A stretch of DNA of 64,000 bases from an uncultured virus (IMG/VR IMGVR_UViG_3300020213_000028). Taxonomy: Duplodnaviria > Heunggongvirae > Uroviricota > Caudoviricetes. A program made the translations under genes and the position numbers. Location: the IMG/VR virus record IMGVR_UViG_3300020213_000028; one strand, given 5' to 3'. Of the stretch, positions 49,101 to 57,599 are shown piece after piece (position 1 is the stretch's first letter; each line of letters begins with the position of its first letter). Below the pieces are notes generated by a model. It made no database searches, was not told where the DNA came from, and saw only the letters and a list, made by a program, of their open reading frames with translations.

Positions 49101-50982
49101 TGTCCTTCGGGTCAAGCTCGGTCGCGTCGAGGAGTTCGTTGCGCAGCGCGAGCGCCGCTTTCGACAGCGCGCCCGCCTTGCTCTGCTTCACGCCGGGCGT
49201 TTCCGTCGTCGGCATTTCGCTGACGATCCCACCCATCGCGTCTTTAGCTTCTTGTATCGACGCCTTAAACGTGCGCGCCGCGCGCACGCCTTCCTGCGCC
49301 ACACCGGTCGCCGTGTTGATAGCAGCGCCAGCGGCGCTACGCGCGAGCGGCGCGTTCTCCTGCACCACATCCTTGACGGTGTTGATGGCAGCACCAGCGG
49401 CGCTACGCGCGAGCGGCGCGTTCTCCTGCACCACATCCTTGACGGTGTTGATGGCAGCACCAGCGGCGCTACGCGCGAGCGGCGCGTTCTCCCGGATCAC
49501 CCCCTTCGCGGTGTTGAACACCGACGCAGCCTGTTCCTTCATAGCCGGCAGGTTCTCGTTGAAGGTTTGTACGGCCTCAGTCAGCTTCTGGCCTCCGGCG
49601 GCAGAGAGCGAGCGCAGGTTCTCGGTGGTGATCCCGTTCTTGGCCAGCGTGGCCGAGAGCAGCGTCTTGTAGCGCTCGTAGGCCGCCGGGGTGGCGGCAG
49701 CGGCGGCGCCCATCGTCTCCACGAACGAGTCATAGCCCTGCTTGACGATCGGCGCATTGGTCTCGAGGAAGTGCTCGACTTTGCCGTAGCGTTTGTCGGC
49801 CTTGATGGCGTCGATGAAGTCGCCGCCCTTCTCCAGCGCCGCGGCGACGGCCGGGATCTCGCCCAGGGTGCGCAGTCCGTCGGCGACGAAGGACTTCACG
49901 TCATCGAACGTACTGCTCACCGGCGCGGGCGGGAGCGGTGCGCCGTCCGGACCGACCGCCGGGACGCCTTCGTCCCTGGGGCCGAAGACTTTCTTGATGC
50001 CGCCGAAGACTGCATCCTCGCCGGCCTGGAGCCCGTCGCCGACCCGGCGGCGCACGTGGCCGATCGGGGCCAGGGGTGCGGCCATCGACGCGCCCGCGGC
50101 GCCGGCGTTGGCGAGCTGCCAGGCTTCGTCTTGGGTCAGGCCGAACATCTCCGGGTTCTCGAGCGCGTGTTTCTGCGCCGCGATGCTGATGTATTCCTGC
50201 AGCGCTTCGGTACCGCCTTCGGCCAGGACGGAGCGGCCGACGTGGCCCATGAGCGAGGGCGATAGCATTTTCGCCATCGCGCCCTTGGCGATCGGGTTGG
50301 CCTTGAAGATGAAGCCGAACGCACCGGTGTCGAGCACCGCGTTGAGCGCGCCGCCGATCGCAGAGTCGCGCAGCACGCTGCCGCGCAGCTCTTTTTCCTT
50401 CTCCGGCGTGACCTGGCCGGTGCGGACCATTTCATCAATGGATTCATTGCCTTGGCCGTAGATTTCGCCCGTGTTGAGCGCCATGCTGCCGGCTGCCGCG
50501 CCGGCCAGAGCTGGGGCGCCGAAGACCCGCGCCGCACCGGCGCCGGCGGCCATCGTGCCGATCATAGGTGCGCCGCGTAGAGCGTGGCCGGCGGCGAAAT
50601 TGAGCGTGTCGCCGAGGCCGCCGATGTTGCGCAGGTCGCTGACGTGGTCGGGGGAGGCGACCTTCTCTGCGTGACGCTGCGACTCCTGCGCCTGCTGGCG
50701 CATGGCTACGGGGTCCTTGCCGAGCGCCTGTGCCGTTGCGGCCATGGCGGATTCGAGCCCAGACTTGACGTCGTAGACGCCGGCCTCGACCTGACGGCCC
50801 ACGAAGCCGCGGTTCGCCATCGTGGCTTGCTCGTCGGTGATGCCCAGGGGCGCCTGCGTCACCTGGTCCATCATCGGCAGAGGGGCCGGCTCGGTCGACT
50901 GTGTCGGCGCGGCCATAGCGCGCTGCGCCTGGGCGTCCGCCTGCTGGCGTTTGAACATGATGGTATCGAGTAGGCCGGCCAC
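43120..50982 (-). CDS. giant internal virion/ejection polyvalent protein with two zincin-like HExxH domains
   Basis: 2620 aa; HHEVMH..EEM and FHEAFH..EEELMA; no Cys seen; last large gene of the virion operon. Confidence 0.8.
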   Translation of the reverse strand: MAGLLDTIMFKRQQADAQAQRAMAAPTQSTEPAPLPMMDQVTQAPLGITDEQATMANRGFVGRQVEAGVYDVKSGLESAMAATAQALGKDPVAMRQQAQESQRHAEKVASPDHVSDLRNIGGLGDTLNFAAGHALRGAPMIGTMAAGAGAARVFGAPALAGAAAGSMALNTGEIYGQGNESIDEMVRTGQVTPEKEKELRGSVLRDSAIGGALNAVLDTGAFGFIFKANPIAKGAMAKMLSPSLMGHVGRSVLAEGGTEALQEYISIAAQKHALENPEMFGLTQDEAWQLANAGAAGASMAAPLAPIGHVRRRVGDGLQAGEDAVFGGIKKVFGPRDEGVPAVGPDGAPLPPAPVSSTFDDVKSFVADGLRTLGEIPAVAAALEKGGDFIDAIKADKRYGKVEHFLETNAPIVKQGYDSFVETMGAAAAATPAAYERYKTLLSATLAKNGITTENLRSLSAAGGQKLTEAVQTFNENLPAMKEQAASVFNTAKGVIRENAPLARSAAGAAINTVKDVVQENAPLARSAAGAAINTVKDVVQENAPLARSAAGAAINTATGVAQEGVRAARTFKASIQEAKDAMGGIVSEMPTTETPGVKQSKAGALSKAALALRNELLDATELDPKDISNGATHMVKRLDTMLKNNPAEFDAFINRPSIAQYVATAFDMSPSEFKDLVVRQIGAIKEERGARRSKVEDNANFVTDANQSNLDGNADSFDAIDEIEKNLEEDGGASALTEIDSANETGVDNPALDPTTFAKMVTTGRQAGTEINPKTGKKWKPHKGNAWVQLTYTTKDSATGEVVDTKTTNKQINFVNVATSWKDHTLSNSRKGVQQSMYDNFKQGVTGLLTGWQETDDAGNDVVVTVDPAKQDTQDGVVSAIRREDGIGGKGRFNEVDMKSWLRPNSVVSANAGKLQTYDRLTYSSKENRAPNVHTAVEDFHAKVAKQSEPEDIAAEKARQGDKVAREVVNTLRDSLKDSRRGTPFTPEEQQTLVDRAHTFIMNPQAYGDADGAIKAKVHPALANLSPAVFSAARTSLMTRLSDLELDLQKGQMGEQETSVDNVDKASNEEFTGENEGVLTEDLSGQHINYEGTENAGRGYDAGAAKASNARFANDKVPVGGKARKIAPSSTAVAPTTDLPGVARATIAQNAEKEDRAAERELGPVLPLEPFAADPGVVSNDAGAGESASNVRDVALKNVKAAYARVTTDTGRALLQNAMNTLVSDRRLTDAQMEILTSPNLTPGMVKDFARVGDVKPAGKLEKGVDGPFQRREEKRKELTKDANEVPFVAKNEVPSTEARKVINLAEKAVEGVAPKKAEPNNAELLKPFRISTEHAEVRDGGVYTKDGTKLGLSADKKTFVSLDLTGAASSQAVGVGGRVFTIGDDTYVVTRPLDGEGNPRKDAWIVSEALTGMVANSLRQSTIPAAKESATDRIQSAMAGTSAIFPALKAIRGTAEGQAAKKAEPAPAPAEGVKKSLHTGGRYNQSDAFKALVNEAAQAVAETQARLNAESSPAATTALEAAKTVAADLTSAQPDKLNALQLDTAILALRVAIKKGAKGNGEAQALSAAQKVLAAMVPITPEMAVAAKKIISDSLGEYVKVDLAPIMETEGPGVLGVYGASRDGGESIGLLTALYDQAQPEGALYETAHHEVMHAVLNRISSEYGGEAAKHLFEAAQAPHIASQVLKNLPLDSRDYFRNDPEEMLVQAYALWRAGKLKLNSASKLGGFFNGVKQFVLDTLARLRGDDLLAEVFGAVERGEFRTTEAPSFDSLLRGAAANKEAAKGFAPNSQPDIADRVDSTDPAVQAELVAAIHKIAGATTGVKFDANQAHAGQYDAAKKLITLAATSALSGSTAFHEAFHVVYRNYLTSDQRKSLYAAFKGGPVKAQLKELLKDSPDAWEAATMDEEELMAYSFQFWHNGALKVGPDTSKIMGKIAALLQKAIAWVKDQPTAQELLEQIRDGVFADGPPSPVDIALAKQGRTGNAARQVLASAAKGMGKLYDKALSTYDDRARELGNPHTSKLARLMYTQVGEKTTQRGFAQAEPEAAKRFLNKLAKLAASPGYQQGLEDRAAGVESPAAAAIGAYLDSLQTYLWQAGVDVGYIEDYLPMSWSGDKILAQKKAFIDMFAGHSADLDKLNAELAAKATNPNFDPLTPESIWERMSKRGLDATEFSGEAVDENGVPNADFVLNRVFGFLSNAEKRPFVRDDLASSLQRYTKQAVRRAEWARRFGDKNEIWDAEMEAARGYTLSAEDEDLMKSYKDDALGTKLHDLSPTMRKVIAGVTVYQNYRVLGLALLGSVVDPMGIAVRSGEWREATQAYKTAISRLTKKGRLKAAEMEALAETIGAIESSGVADSLTNLYGGVDIEGVGKTLNDKLFTWNGMNGLMRSVRIAALAAGTRFLVRHSKNGEEGTRHLAELGIEANDVKTDGNGQLVVTDKVAAALNRFVDESSMRPNIGERTKWGADPTFALLYHLKQYVFSFNKVINKKFEHELLEHGNPTPMLMAMTYIPIMAASTMLRDMIYHGGSIPDKNGFLHYMGRGLDRSGLLGPTAFTADAVRGVVGADQFLLRGLIGPTADQALDAFGAVANPRNGAQFAEFVAESLPLGSVVSKAIR
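49313..49492 (-). repeat. 66-bp (22-aa) tandem repeat, ~2.7 copies
   Basis: ENAPLARSAAGAAINTVKDVVQ repeated. Confidence 0.9.
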
Positions 50983-51025
50983 GGTGTTTCCTTCAGGTAA
51001 AAGCTAAGGGGTCCTGCGTTTCACT

Positions 51026-53791
51026 TCACTCTGGCAGCTTCCCAAAGGCGACCGGGTTCTTCTTCTTGATATGGGCCAGTTCCTCTTTGCTGTAGATTCG
51101 AGCGGCGGTAATACCACCCTGCTTGCCGTCGCGCACGAGCGGCCGCCCTAGCACCGCGTCAGCGACCGCCGTCGGACGGCCGTTCTCCTGATAGATGTAC
51201 TCGACGCGATCCATCAGGCCTTTAGTGGCCTGCGGATCAGTAACCCCCGAGTCCGACCCGGGGGCGTTCCCCTTCACATTGGCGAACCCCATCTTGGCCG
51301 CCGACGAAATGTCCGCGAGATGGCTCCGCTGGTCGTCGGGGTTGAGGTCCGCGTAGCGGCGCAGCTCGCCCGTCTTCGAGTCTTTGAACTGTTTCGTATT
51401 ACCGATCGTCTTCATCTTGCCCACCAGCACCGCGGTCTGCTGCGGGTTGAGCCCCTGCCCCGCGGCGTAGTCGCCCACCGTCTTGTCGATGCGGGCCTCG
51501 TTGTCTTTCTCGATCCCGCGCGCGGCCTCGGACTGCTTGTCGAGGCGGGCCTGACCCTTCTCAGCCGTGGCGGCGTAGAGCTTCTCCAGCTCCACCCTGG
51601 CGTTCGCCGCGGCCACGTCCGCTGCGCCGCGCTGCGCCGACTTCTGCGCCGACTTCTGCGACGCCCGCGCGTCGGCGTTGTTCACCATCGAGGTGTGCGC
51701 TGCGAGCTCGGCGCCGTAGCGCTGGGTGTCCGCCTGGCCGAACTGCGCCTGCTGCTGGCCCAGGTCCTTCAGCTGAGCGCGCATCTCCTTGCCCTCGGCC
51801 TTGGTGAACACGCCGCCGCGCAGGCGCTGCTGGATCCCAGCGATCGACGCCGCGGTCTGCGCCGTGGCGTCGGACGCCCGCATGGTAGGGGCGGACGGCA
51901 GCATGGCGCGCCGGCCGGACTCGGCCAGCGAGTCCTTGTAGTCCTGCACGTCCTGCGCCGTGGCGCCGCCGTACCCAGTAACAGCACCGGGTGCGTTGGT
52001 GCCCACGCCGGCGAAGTCGTTCATCTTGCCGCCCACGCCCCTGCTGCGGCCGAAGACTGATACGCCCGGCGTACCGAAGTCGCCCAGGTTCTGGTAGTCC
52101 TTGCTGCCCATGGCCATGCGCGCGCGGCGCGCGTCGTCGGTCGCCGGTCCAGCGCCGGCCTGCTGCGCCGGGGTGACACCCATCTTCTCGAACTCGGCCC
52201 GCTTGGCCGCGGAGACCGGGTCGATCGGTGCTGTCTCTACAGGCGGCGCAACTGCGCTCGGAGCACCTGGTGCGGAGTTCCCAGCACCGGGTGCGACGGG
52301 CTTCGAACCGGGTGCGACCGGGGCCGCGCGGGCGAAGCCGTCGACGAAGCTGCCGCCGCCAACAGCCTCGGCGATGCCCCGGCCGGCACGACTGGCGAGA
52401 CCGAATGTCACGGCGTCGCCGGTGTTCTTGAGGAAATTCGTGGCGACCGTCGCGGCGTTCGCTTTGTCTGCCCCCACGCTTTGCGCGAACGCCTGGTGTT
52501 CCTCCGGACTGGCGGTCGCAGTCTCATAGGCACCGATGGCCGGAGCAAGCGCTGCCGAGGCTTTGCCCAGGCCTGCGACACCCTTCAAGGAGATCTTGGG
52601 ATTAAAGACGCGCGCAAGGAGGCCGCGCTTGGGCGCAGCTGCTGAAGCAGCTGCCGGGGCGGCAGCGGCCGGGGCGGCAGCGGCCGGGGCGGCAGCGGCA
52701 GGCGCGGCCGGGGCTGCAGCGGCCCGGGCGGCAGCGACGGCGTCGTTCGCAGCATTGCCCGCAGCGGCTGCCTGCGTCGGCGGCAGCGTGCCGGCCCGGG
52801 TCGCTGCGGCCTGCGCGAGGCGCCCCTGCCCTGCCTGACCTGCCAGCTGCGGGTTGAGGCGCGCGCGGCGCTGCTCGATTGTTTCGCCCGGCACCGGGGT
52901 CTTGCTGTAGTCGATCTCTGGCACTTCGTTGACGATGTAGCCGCCAGCAGCGCGGCCGAACGTCGCCGCGGGCGGGCGACCGTCGTTGGTGGCCTGAACC
53001 ATTGGGTCGAGTACGGCGGGGCCGCCGAGCTTCGCCGCGGTCTTGGCCGGCAGCACGTACTCGCCGTCGGACAGCATGGCGGGGATCTTGTCCTCGCGCG
53101 GGCCGCCCGGGCCGTCGACGGCGCCGCCGCCGGCGCGGCCGAAGATCAGCCGCTTGAGCTGCGTCATCGGCCGGTTGCCGCCAGTCGCATCGGTACGCAC
53201 CGGTGCCGGCGCGGCAACCGGCGCGGCAACCGGCGCGGCAACCGGCGCGGCAACCGGCGCGGGCGTACCGTTGACCGCAGCAGCTTCGGCCTCCTCCAGG
53301 CGACGGGGGCGAGCCTTGATCGCCTCAACTGCCTGGCCGATCATGCCGCCGTCGGCCATCGGGTACCCGGAGGGCGAAAGCTTCTGGCTGTCGACCATCT
53401 GGTTCCAAGCCGCCGGGCTCTGCTGGTCGGTGGCGAGGATCCCGGACTTGTAGCCGCCAGGGGCGGCGGGCTGGCCGAAGGTCGCCGCCTTGGGCAGGTC
53501 GGGCACATACGGCGCCGCCGGGGTCACGGGCTTGGCGAGCGGCGGAGCCGCCGGGGCGACGGGAGCCGCCGGTGCGGCGATTGGGGCCGCAATCGGCGCA
53601 GTAGGTGCGGCGATTGGGGCGGCAGCGAGTGGAGCCACGGGCTTCTTGTACATGTCGGCCCACGGGCTCACCGAGCCGCCGCTGGCAAAGCTCTGCGCAT
53701 GCCCGAAACAGGCCGCGTCGAGCTTGTCAGATGCGGCGGTTTTCTTCTGCCGCATGGCGCGGGCTTGAATGTCTTGTTCGCTCATCGCCAT
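51026..53791 (-). CDS. internal virion/ejection protein, Ala/Pro-rich
   Basis: 921 aa; GGAVDGPGGPREDKIPAMLSDGEYV motif as in tape-measure/ejection proteins. Confidence 0.7.
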   Translation of the reverse strand: MAMSEQDIQARAMRQKKTAASDKLDAACFGHAQSFASGGSVSPWADMYKKPVAPLAAAPIAAPTAPIAAPIAAPAAPVAPAAPPLAKPVTPAAPYVPDLPKAATFGQPAAPGGYKSGILATDQQSPAAWNQMVDSQKLSPSGYPMADGGMIGQAVEAIKARPRRLEEAEAAAVNGTPAPVAAPVAAPVAAPVAAPAPVRTDATGGNRPMTQLKRLIFGRAGGGAVDGPGGPREDKIPAMLSDGEYVLPAKTAAKLGGPAVLDPMVQATNDGRPPAATFGRAAGGYIVNEVPEIDYSKTPVPGETIEQRRARLNPQLAGQAGQGRLAQAAATRAGTLPPTQAAAAGNAANDAVAAARAAAAPAAPAAAAPAAAAPAAAAPAAASAAAPKRGLLARVFNPKISLKGVAGLGKASAALAPAIGAYETATASPEEHQAFAQSVGADKANAATVATNFLKNTGDAVTFGLASRAGRGIAEAVGGGSFVDGFARAAPVAPGSKPVAPGAGNSAPGAPSAVAPPVETAPIDPVSAAKRAEFEKMGVTPAQQAGAGPATDDARRARMAMGSKDYQNLGDFGTPGVSVFGRSRGVGGKMNDFAGVGTNAPGAVTGYGGATAQDVQDYKDSLAESGRRAMLPSAPTMRASDATAQTAASIAGIQQRLRGGVFTKAEGKEMRAQLKDLGQQQAQFGQADTQRYGAELAAHTSMVNNADARASQKSAQKSAQRGAADVAAANARVELEKLYAATAEKGQARLDKQSEAARGIEKDNEARIDKTVGDYAAGQGLNPQQTAVLVGKMKTIGNTKQFKDSKTGELRRYADLNPDDQRSHLADISSAAKMGFANVKGNAPGSDSGVTDPQATKGLMDRVEYIYQENGRPTAVADAVLGRPLVRDGKQGGITAARIYSKEELAHIKKKNPVAFGKLPE
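53206..53262 (-). repeat. 12-bp tandem repeat (PVAA)n
   Basis: ccggcgcggcaa x4.7. Confidence 0.85.
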
Positions 53792-53793
53792 GG

Positions 53794-55776
53794 TTATTCC
53801 TCGTGGTTGTAGTTGTGCTGCACTGAATAGTTGTTGCTGGCAGTATTCGAATCCGACACGGCCGCGGACTTCGTCGCGCTCGCCTGCTTGTTTTCCGACG
53901 CACTGCCGGAGCTGGCGATCTGCGCGCCCACGCTGGTGCCCGCCATCGCGCCGGCGGCGAGGTTGGATGTGATCTGTCCGACCGCCTGCAGGCTCGACGC
54001 GTTGATCCGCGCGATCTCGATGATGTGCTGCACTCGCGCCTGGTAATTCGCCACCGACGCGGTGTAGCGTGCGACGACGTTGCGGGCGGCCTCGATCTGC
54101 GTGGTGATCTCCAAGCGCTTGACTTCGGTCTGGTACGTGCCCTCGGCCGCGGCGCGGCGCGTGGTGGCTTCAAACATCGAGGCGCCGGCCTGCACCGCGT
54201 TGAGCTGCTGGCCCGAGATCGTGCGCAGGCGGTCAAGCTCCTGCACCGCGTACTGGGTACGCAGCTTGTTGTTCTCGATCTGCACTTCCGAGCGCTTGAA
54301 GTAGACCTCGTTGATCTTGCCGATCGCCTCGACGCGGGACTTGAAGACCTGCGCGTTGGCGACTTCGAGGTCGGCCTTTTTGGCTTCACCACCGATGCGG
54401 GCGATGTAGGCGTCGAACTCCGTTTTCTTGCCGCCGACCGTTGCAACATAGCCGTCGATCTGGCCCTTGAACAGGTCGATCTTGCCGCGCTCGACATTGG
54501 CGCGCGCGACGGCCGCCTGCACCAGACCGGTGTAGGCGTCGACCTGGGCCTTGAAGGCGTTGATCTTCGCCACGTAGGCGGCGATCAGCTGGTTGTCGAC
54601 CTCGGCGATCAGGCGCTGCGCGTCGATCTGCGCCTTGAAGGATTCGATCTGCGCAAGCGCGTACTGCAGGCCGACCTTGTACACCTCGATGCGCTGGGCG
54701 AAGATCGTCTGCTCGACGTTGAACGCGGCGACTTGTGCCTGGAAGATCTGGATCTGCGATTCCACCGCGAACTTCGCGAGCTGGAATGAGCGGTCGGTCA
54801 CGGCGATGAAGATGTTGATGAGCAGGCCCTCGTAGGCGATGCCCTTCTCCACCGCGAACTGGCGGTTCTTCTGCTCGAGGTCCGCCTGCGCGATCGCGAT
54901 GTCGCGGCCGAGCGTGCTGACCTTGGCGTTGCTGGCGTCGAGCGTGGCGATCACCGCTGCGCGCAGCTCGCCCGGCGGCAGGGTGTACCCGCGGCTGGCC
55001 CACTCACTGTCGGCCTCGCGCAGCGCCTTCACAGCGAGCACGTCCTCCCGGCCGCGGGCGCGTTCCCAGATGGCGCGCTCGACATCGGCGGTGAGGCCGG
55101 TACCGCCGTCCATCATGGTGGTGAGCGTGTCCGTGACGCGCGTGCCGAACACCGACGTGTAGACAGGCTCAGCCCAGCCCACGAACGGATCAGGCACCTG
55201 GCCGGTGAACTGCGGCGCCGGCTCGTTGAACAGCGCGAGCGTCGGCGGGGTGAACGCCGGGATGGTCACGCCAGTCAGGTCGGGGATGTCGCCGTACGTG
55301 GCGACCGGCGCGTCCGGCGTGTCGAAGTCGAAGCTGACCACAGGCGCCTGCGGCACCGTCGGCAGCACCAGCGGCGGCGGGTCGACGAAGGAGAGGCCAG
55401 TGATCAGAGGGACGTAGGTTGGGATGGTGCCGGTGACGTCAGGGATTACGATGTCGTCGAGGGTCAGATCGGCGCCGGCGCCCTGCGCGATTGTGCCGAA
55501 GTTGGGCGGCGTCACGTATCCCGGGGGCGTGAGCGCGCCGCCGAAGGTCGTGGTAATCGACGGCAGCACCGGCGGCTCCGGCAGGGCACTGGGGAACACG
55601 CCCTCCTGCAGCGCGGTGACCGCGTCGCGCGCGGCCTCTAGGGCTGAGTCCGCCTTGGCGTGCGCGACCTCGAGCATGCTCTGAACGGTTGCTTGCGTCT
55701 CGTCCATGAAACCATGCAGCGAGAATAGATCCTCGCCCTCGCCAGGACGGAAGAAGTCATTGATGTCGATTGCCAT
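53794..55776 (-). CDS. virion protein with long coiled coil
   Basis: 660 aa; Pro-rich N-terminus, helical core. Confidence 0.7.
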   Translation of the reverse strand: MAIDINDFFRPGEGEDLFSLHGFMDETQATVQSMLEVAHAKADSALEAARDAVTALQEGVFPSALPEPPVLPSITTTFGGALTPPGYVTPPNFGTIAQGAGADLTLDDIVIPDVTGTIPTYVPLITGLSFVDPPPLVLPTVPQAPVVSFDFDTPDAPVATYGDIPDLTGVTIPAFTPPTLALFNEPAPQFTGQVPDPFVGWAEPVYTSVFGTRVTDTLTTMMDGGTGLTADVERAIWERARGREDVLAVKALREADSEWASRGYTLPPGELRAAVIATLDASNAKVSTLGRDIAIAQADLEQKNRQFAVEKGIAYEGLLINIFIAVTDRSFQLAKFAVESQIQIFQAQVAAFNVEQTIFAQRIEVYKVGLQYALAQIESFKAQIDAQRLIAEVDNQLIAAYVAKINAFKAQVDAYTGLVQAAVARANVERGKIDLFKGQIDGYVATVGGKKTEFDAYIARIGGEAKKADLEVANAQVFKSRVEAIGKINEVYFKRSEVQIENNKLRTQYAVQELDRLRTISGQQLNAVQAGASMFEATTRRAAAEGTYQTEVKRLEITTQIEAARNVVARYTASVANYQARVQHIIEIARINASSLQAVGQITSNLAAGAMAGTSVGAQIASSGSASENKQASATKSAAVSDSNTASNNYSVQHNYNHEE

Positions 55777-55780
55777 GAGG

Positions 55781-56926
55781 TCACCGCTTCCGGTTCGTCG
55801 TACCGAGTTCTAGGTGCGCGGAACTGATCTTGAAATCGTTCCCGTTCACATTGCTGAACTCGAAGCCGTAATACACAGAGTTGAACCCGCGCCCGAGCTG
55901 CGCGCGGTTGTTCTTCGCCTGCTCGGCGGTGGACAGATGCGTCGGGTAGATGAACTCGCCCTGCGCGCTCTTCACAGTCACGTTGATCTTGCCGTCGCTG
56001 GTGCCGGAGAGGATCATTCCATCCAGCACCTTGTTGTGTGGGTCGCCGAAATCCATGAGGCCGGTCATCACGCGCGCGTCGATGTCTCCGCCGGCGTCGG
56101 TGTCACCGGTGTCGATAATGTAGAGGCCGGCGTCGCCCACGCCGAGCAGGTACTCGCCGTGCTGCGCCAGCGAATTGAACGGGTACGCCGGAAAGCGCGC
56201 GCCGGCGGTCGTCTCGGTATTCATCCACAGCGCCGCGCCGGTGAGGTCCTCGACGAAGAAGTCGAAAGCCACACCGCGCGAAATGAGGTTCTGCGTAGCC
56301 ACGAGGTGCTGCGCGGCTGCGTCTGTGGCGGCGGCGCGCTCAGTCACGTTGAGCGTCGGCGAGAACACGATCGCGACGGTGTCGGTGGCGTCGCCCGAAG
56401 AACTCAGTACTTCGTACGCGGCGAGGCCCGCGACGACGGCGTCGGTCGCCGCGGCGGTGGAACTTAGGTCGTTGGTGAATGAGATCTCGACCGCGTCGGT
56501 CGCAGCGGCGGTGCTGGTAAAAGCCGAGGTGAGCTCGATGCTGAGGGCGTCGGTGGCGTTCGCCGTCTCAGCGAGGGGCGTCTCCGCTGTCCCCACCAAG
56601 GTGTCGGTGGCGGCCGCCGTCTCGGCCACAACGGCTGTAACCTGCTGCGTTACAGCATCCGAGGCCTGAGCGCGCTCTACCAGGTTCTCGGAAGTAATAA
56701 CGTGTGCCGTTACTACTTCGGAGACGACCGCCGCCGCCGAGAGATTATGTAGGTGCTCCCCGACGAGCTCGTCCGTAGCCGCGCCCTCTGACGACAGGGC
56801 GAGAGCGACCGCAACGACAATAGCGCTCAGCGCGTTGGCGGTGTCACTCAGGGGCGAGTCAAGTTGGAACGCCAGGGCGTCGGTCGAAGCTCCACTTGAC
56901 TCGAGTAGCTCACACGGATCCGGCAT
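55781..56926 (-). CDS. virion structural protein
   Basis: repeated AAATD segments; C-terminal YPFNS..TGLMDFG..GRG domain. Confidence 0.65.
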   Translation of the reverse strand: MPDPCELLESSGASTDALAFQLDSPLSDTANALSAIVVAVALALSSEGAATDELVGEHLHNLSAAAVVSEVVTAHVITSENLVERAQASDAVTQQVTAVVAETAAATDTLVGTAETPLAETANATDALSIELTSAFTSTAAATDAVEISFTNDLSSTAAATDAVVAGLAAYEVLSSSGDATDTVAIVFSPTLNVTERAAATDAAAQHLVATQNLISRGVAFDFFVEDLTGAALWMNTETTAGARFPAYPFNSLAQHGEYLLGVGDAGLYIIDTGDTDAGGDIDARVMTGLMDFGDPHNKVLDGMILSGTSDGKINVTVKSAQGEFIYPTHLSTAEQAKNNRAQLGRGFNSVYYGFEFSNVNGNDFKISSAHLELGTTNRKR

Positions 56927-56984
56927 TAGTCCGCTCCTGCTCAGCCGGCGCCGCGGGAGTTACCCCGCGGTTGTGCCGTGATCA

Positions 56985-57590
56985 TTAGGTCGAAGTCAGC
57001 GAGACCGTGTAGCCGATATTGAACAGATCGGCGTCGCTCAGCGAGCGCGCAGTGGCGAAGCGCGTGGCGGAGAACAGGACGCCGGTCGTGCCGCCGCGCA
57101 CCGACGAGGACAGCAGGCCCACGCCGTTGACGGTGAGCGTCGTCGCCGTGACGATCGTGAACACGGCCTTGGAGGCGGTGTTGTTGATCGACGCCGCGGC
57201 AGCCGTGCTGTCTACGAATTCCTGGCGGGTCGCCTCGCTGTGGCCCTCGGTGAGGGACGTGATCTCGGAGGCGTTCGCCGTGAAGTTCGCAGCGGTCCAG
57301 GTGTTCACCGGGGAGATCGCGCCGGCGTACAGGGCGAGATAGAAGTTCGCGTATTTCGCCGTCGCGCCCAGGTACACGGCGAGCAGGCTGGTGAGCCCCT
57401 CGGTCGTCAGCAGGTTCGTGTCGGACTGCGGGTCGAGGCCGTTGACGTCGTGCTCGTACACGCCGCGAGCGACCATCTTGGAGGCCGGGAAGTACAGGCC
57501 GCCGTCGTCAGTCTGCTCGAACTTTAGATTGGAAAGGTCCCGAAGGAACTCGGGGGCGTGGTCGCGCAGGTCCTGAGTCAGGTTCAGCAT
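56985..57590 (-). CDS. virion structural protein
   Basis: NLLTTEGL, GVLFSATRF motifs of small tail proteins. Confidence 0.65.
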   Translation of the reverse strand: MLNLTQDLRDHAPEFLRDLSNLKFEQTDDGGLYFPASKMVARGVYEHDVNGLDPQSDTNLLTTEGLTSLLAVYLGATAKYANFYLALYAGAISPVNTWTAANFTANASEITSLTEGHSEATRQEFVDSTAAAASINNTASKAVFTIVTATTLTVNGVGLLSSSVRGGTTGVLFSATRFATARSLSDADLFNIGYTVSLTST

Positions 57591-57599
57591 GAGGTTCCT

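Noticed and set aside
43120..50982. Giant Cys-free protein as an N4-like virion RNA polymerase
   Set aside because: No T7-like motifs (DxxGR, RxxxKxxxxxxxYG) or DxDGD motif recognised; remote homology cannot be excluded without structure prediction
56948..56967. Hairpin CCGCGGG-agttac-CCCGCGG between tail genes as a novel element
   Set aside because: A single isolated hairpin without a U-tract; most simply an mRNA stability or pause hairpin
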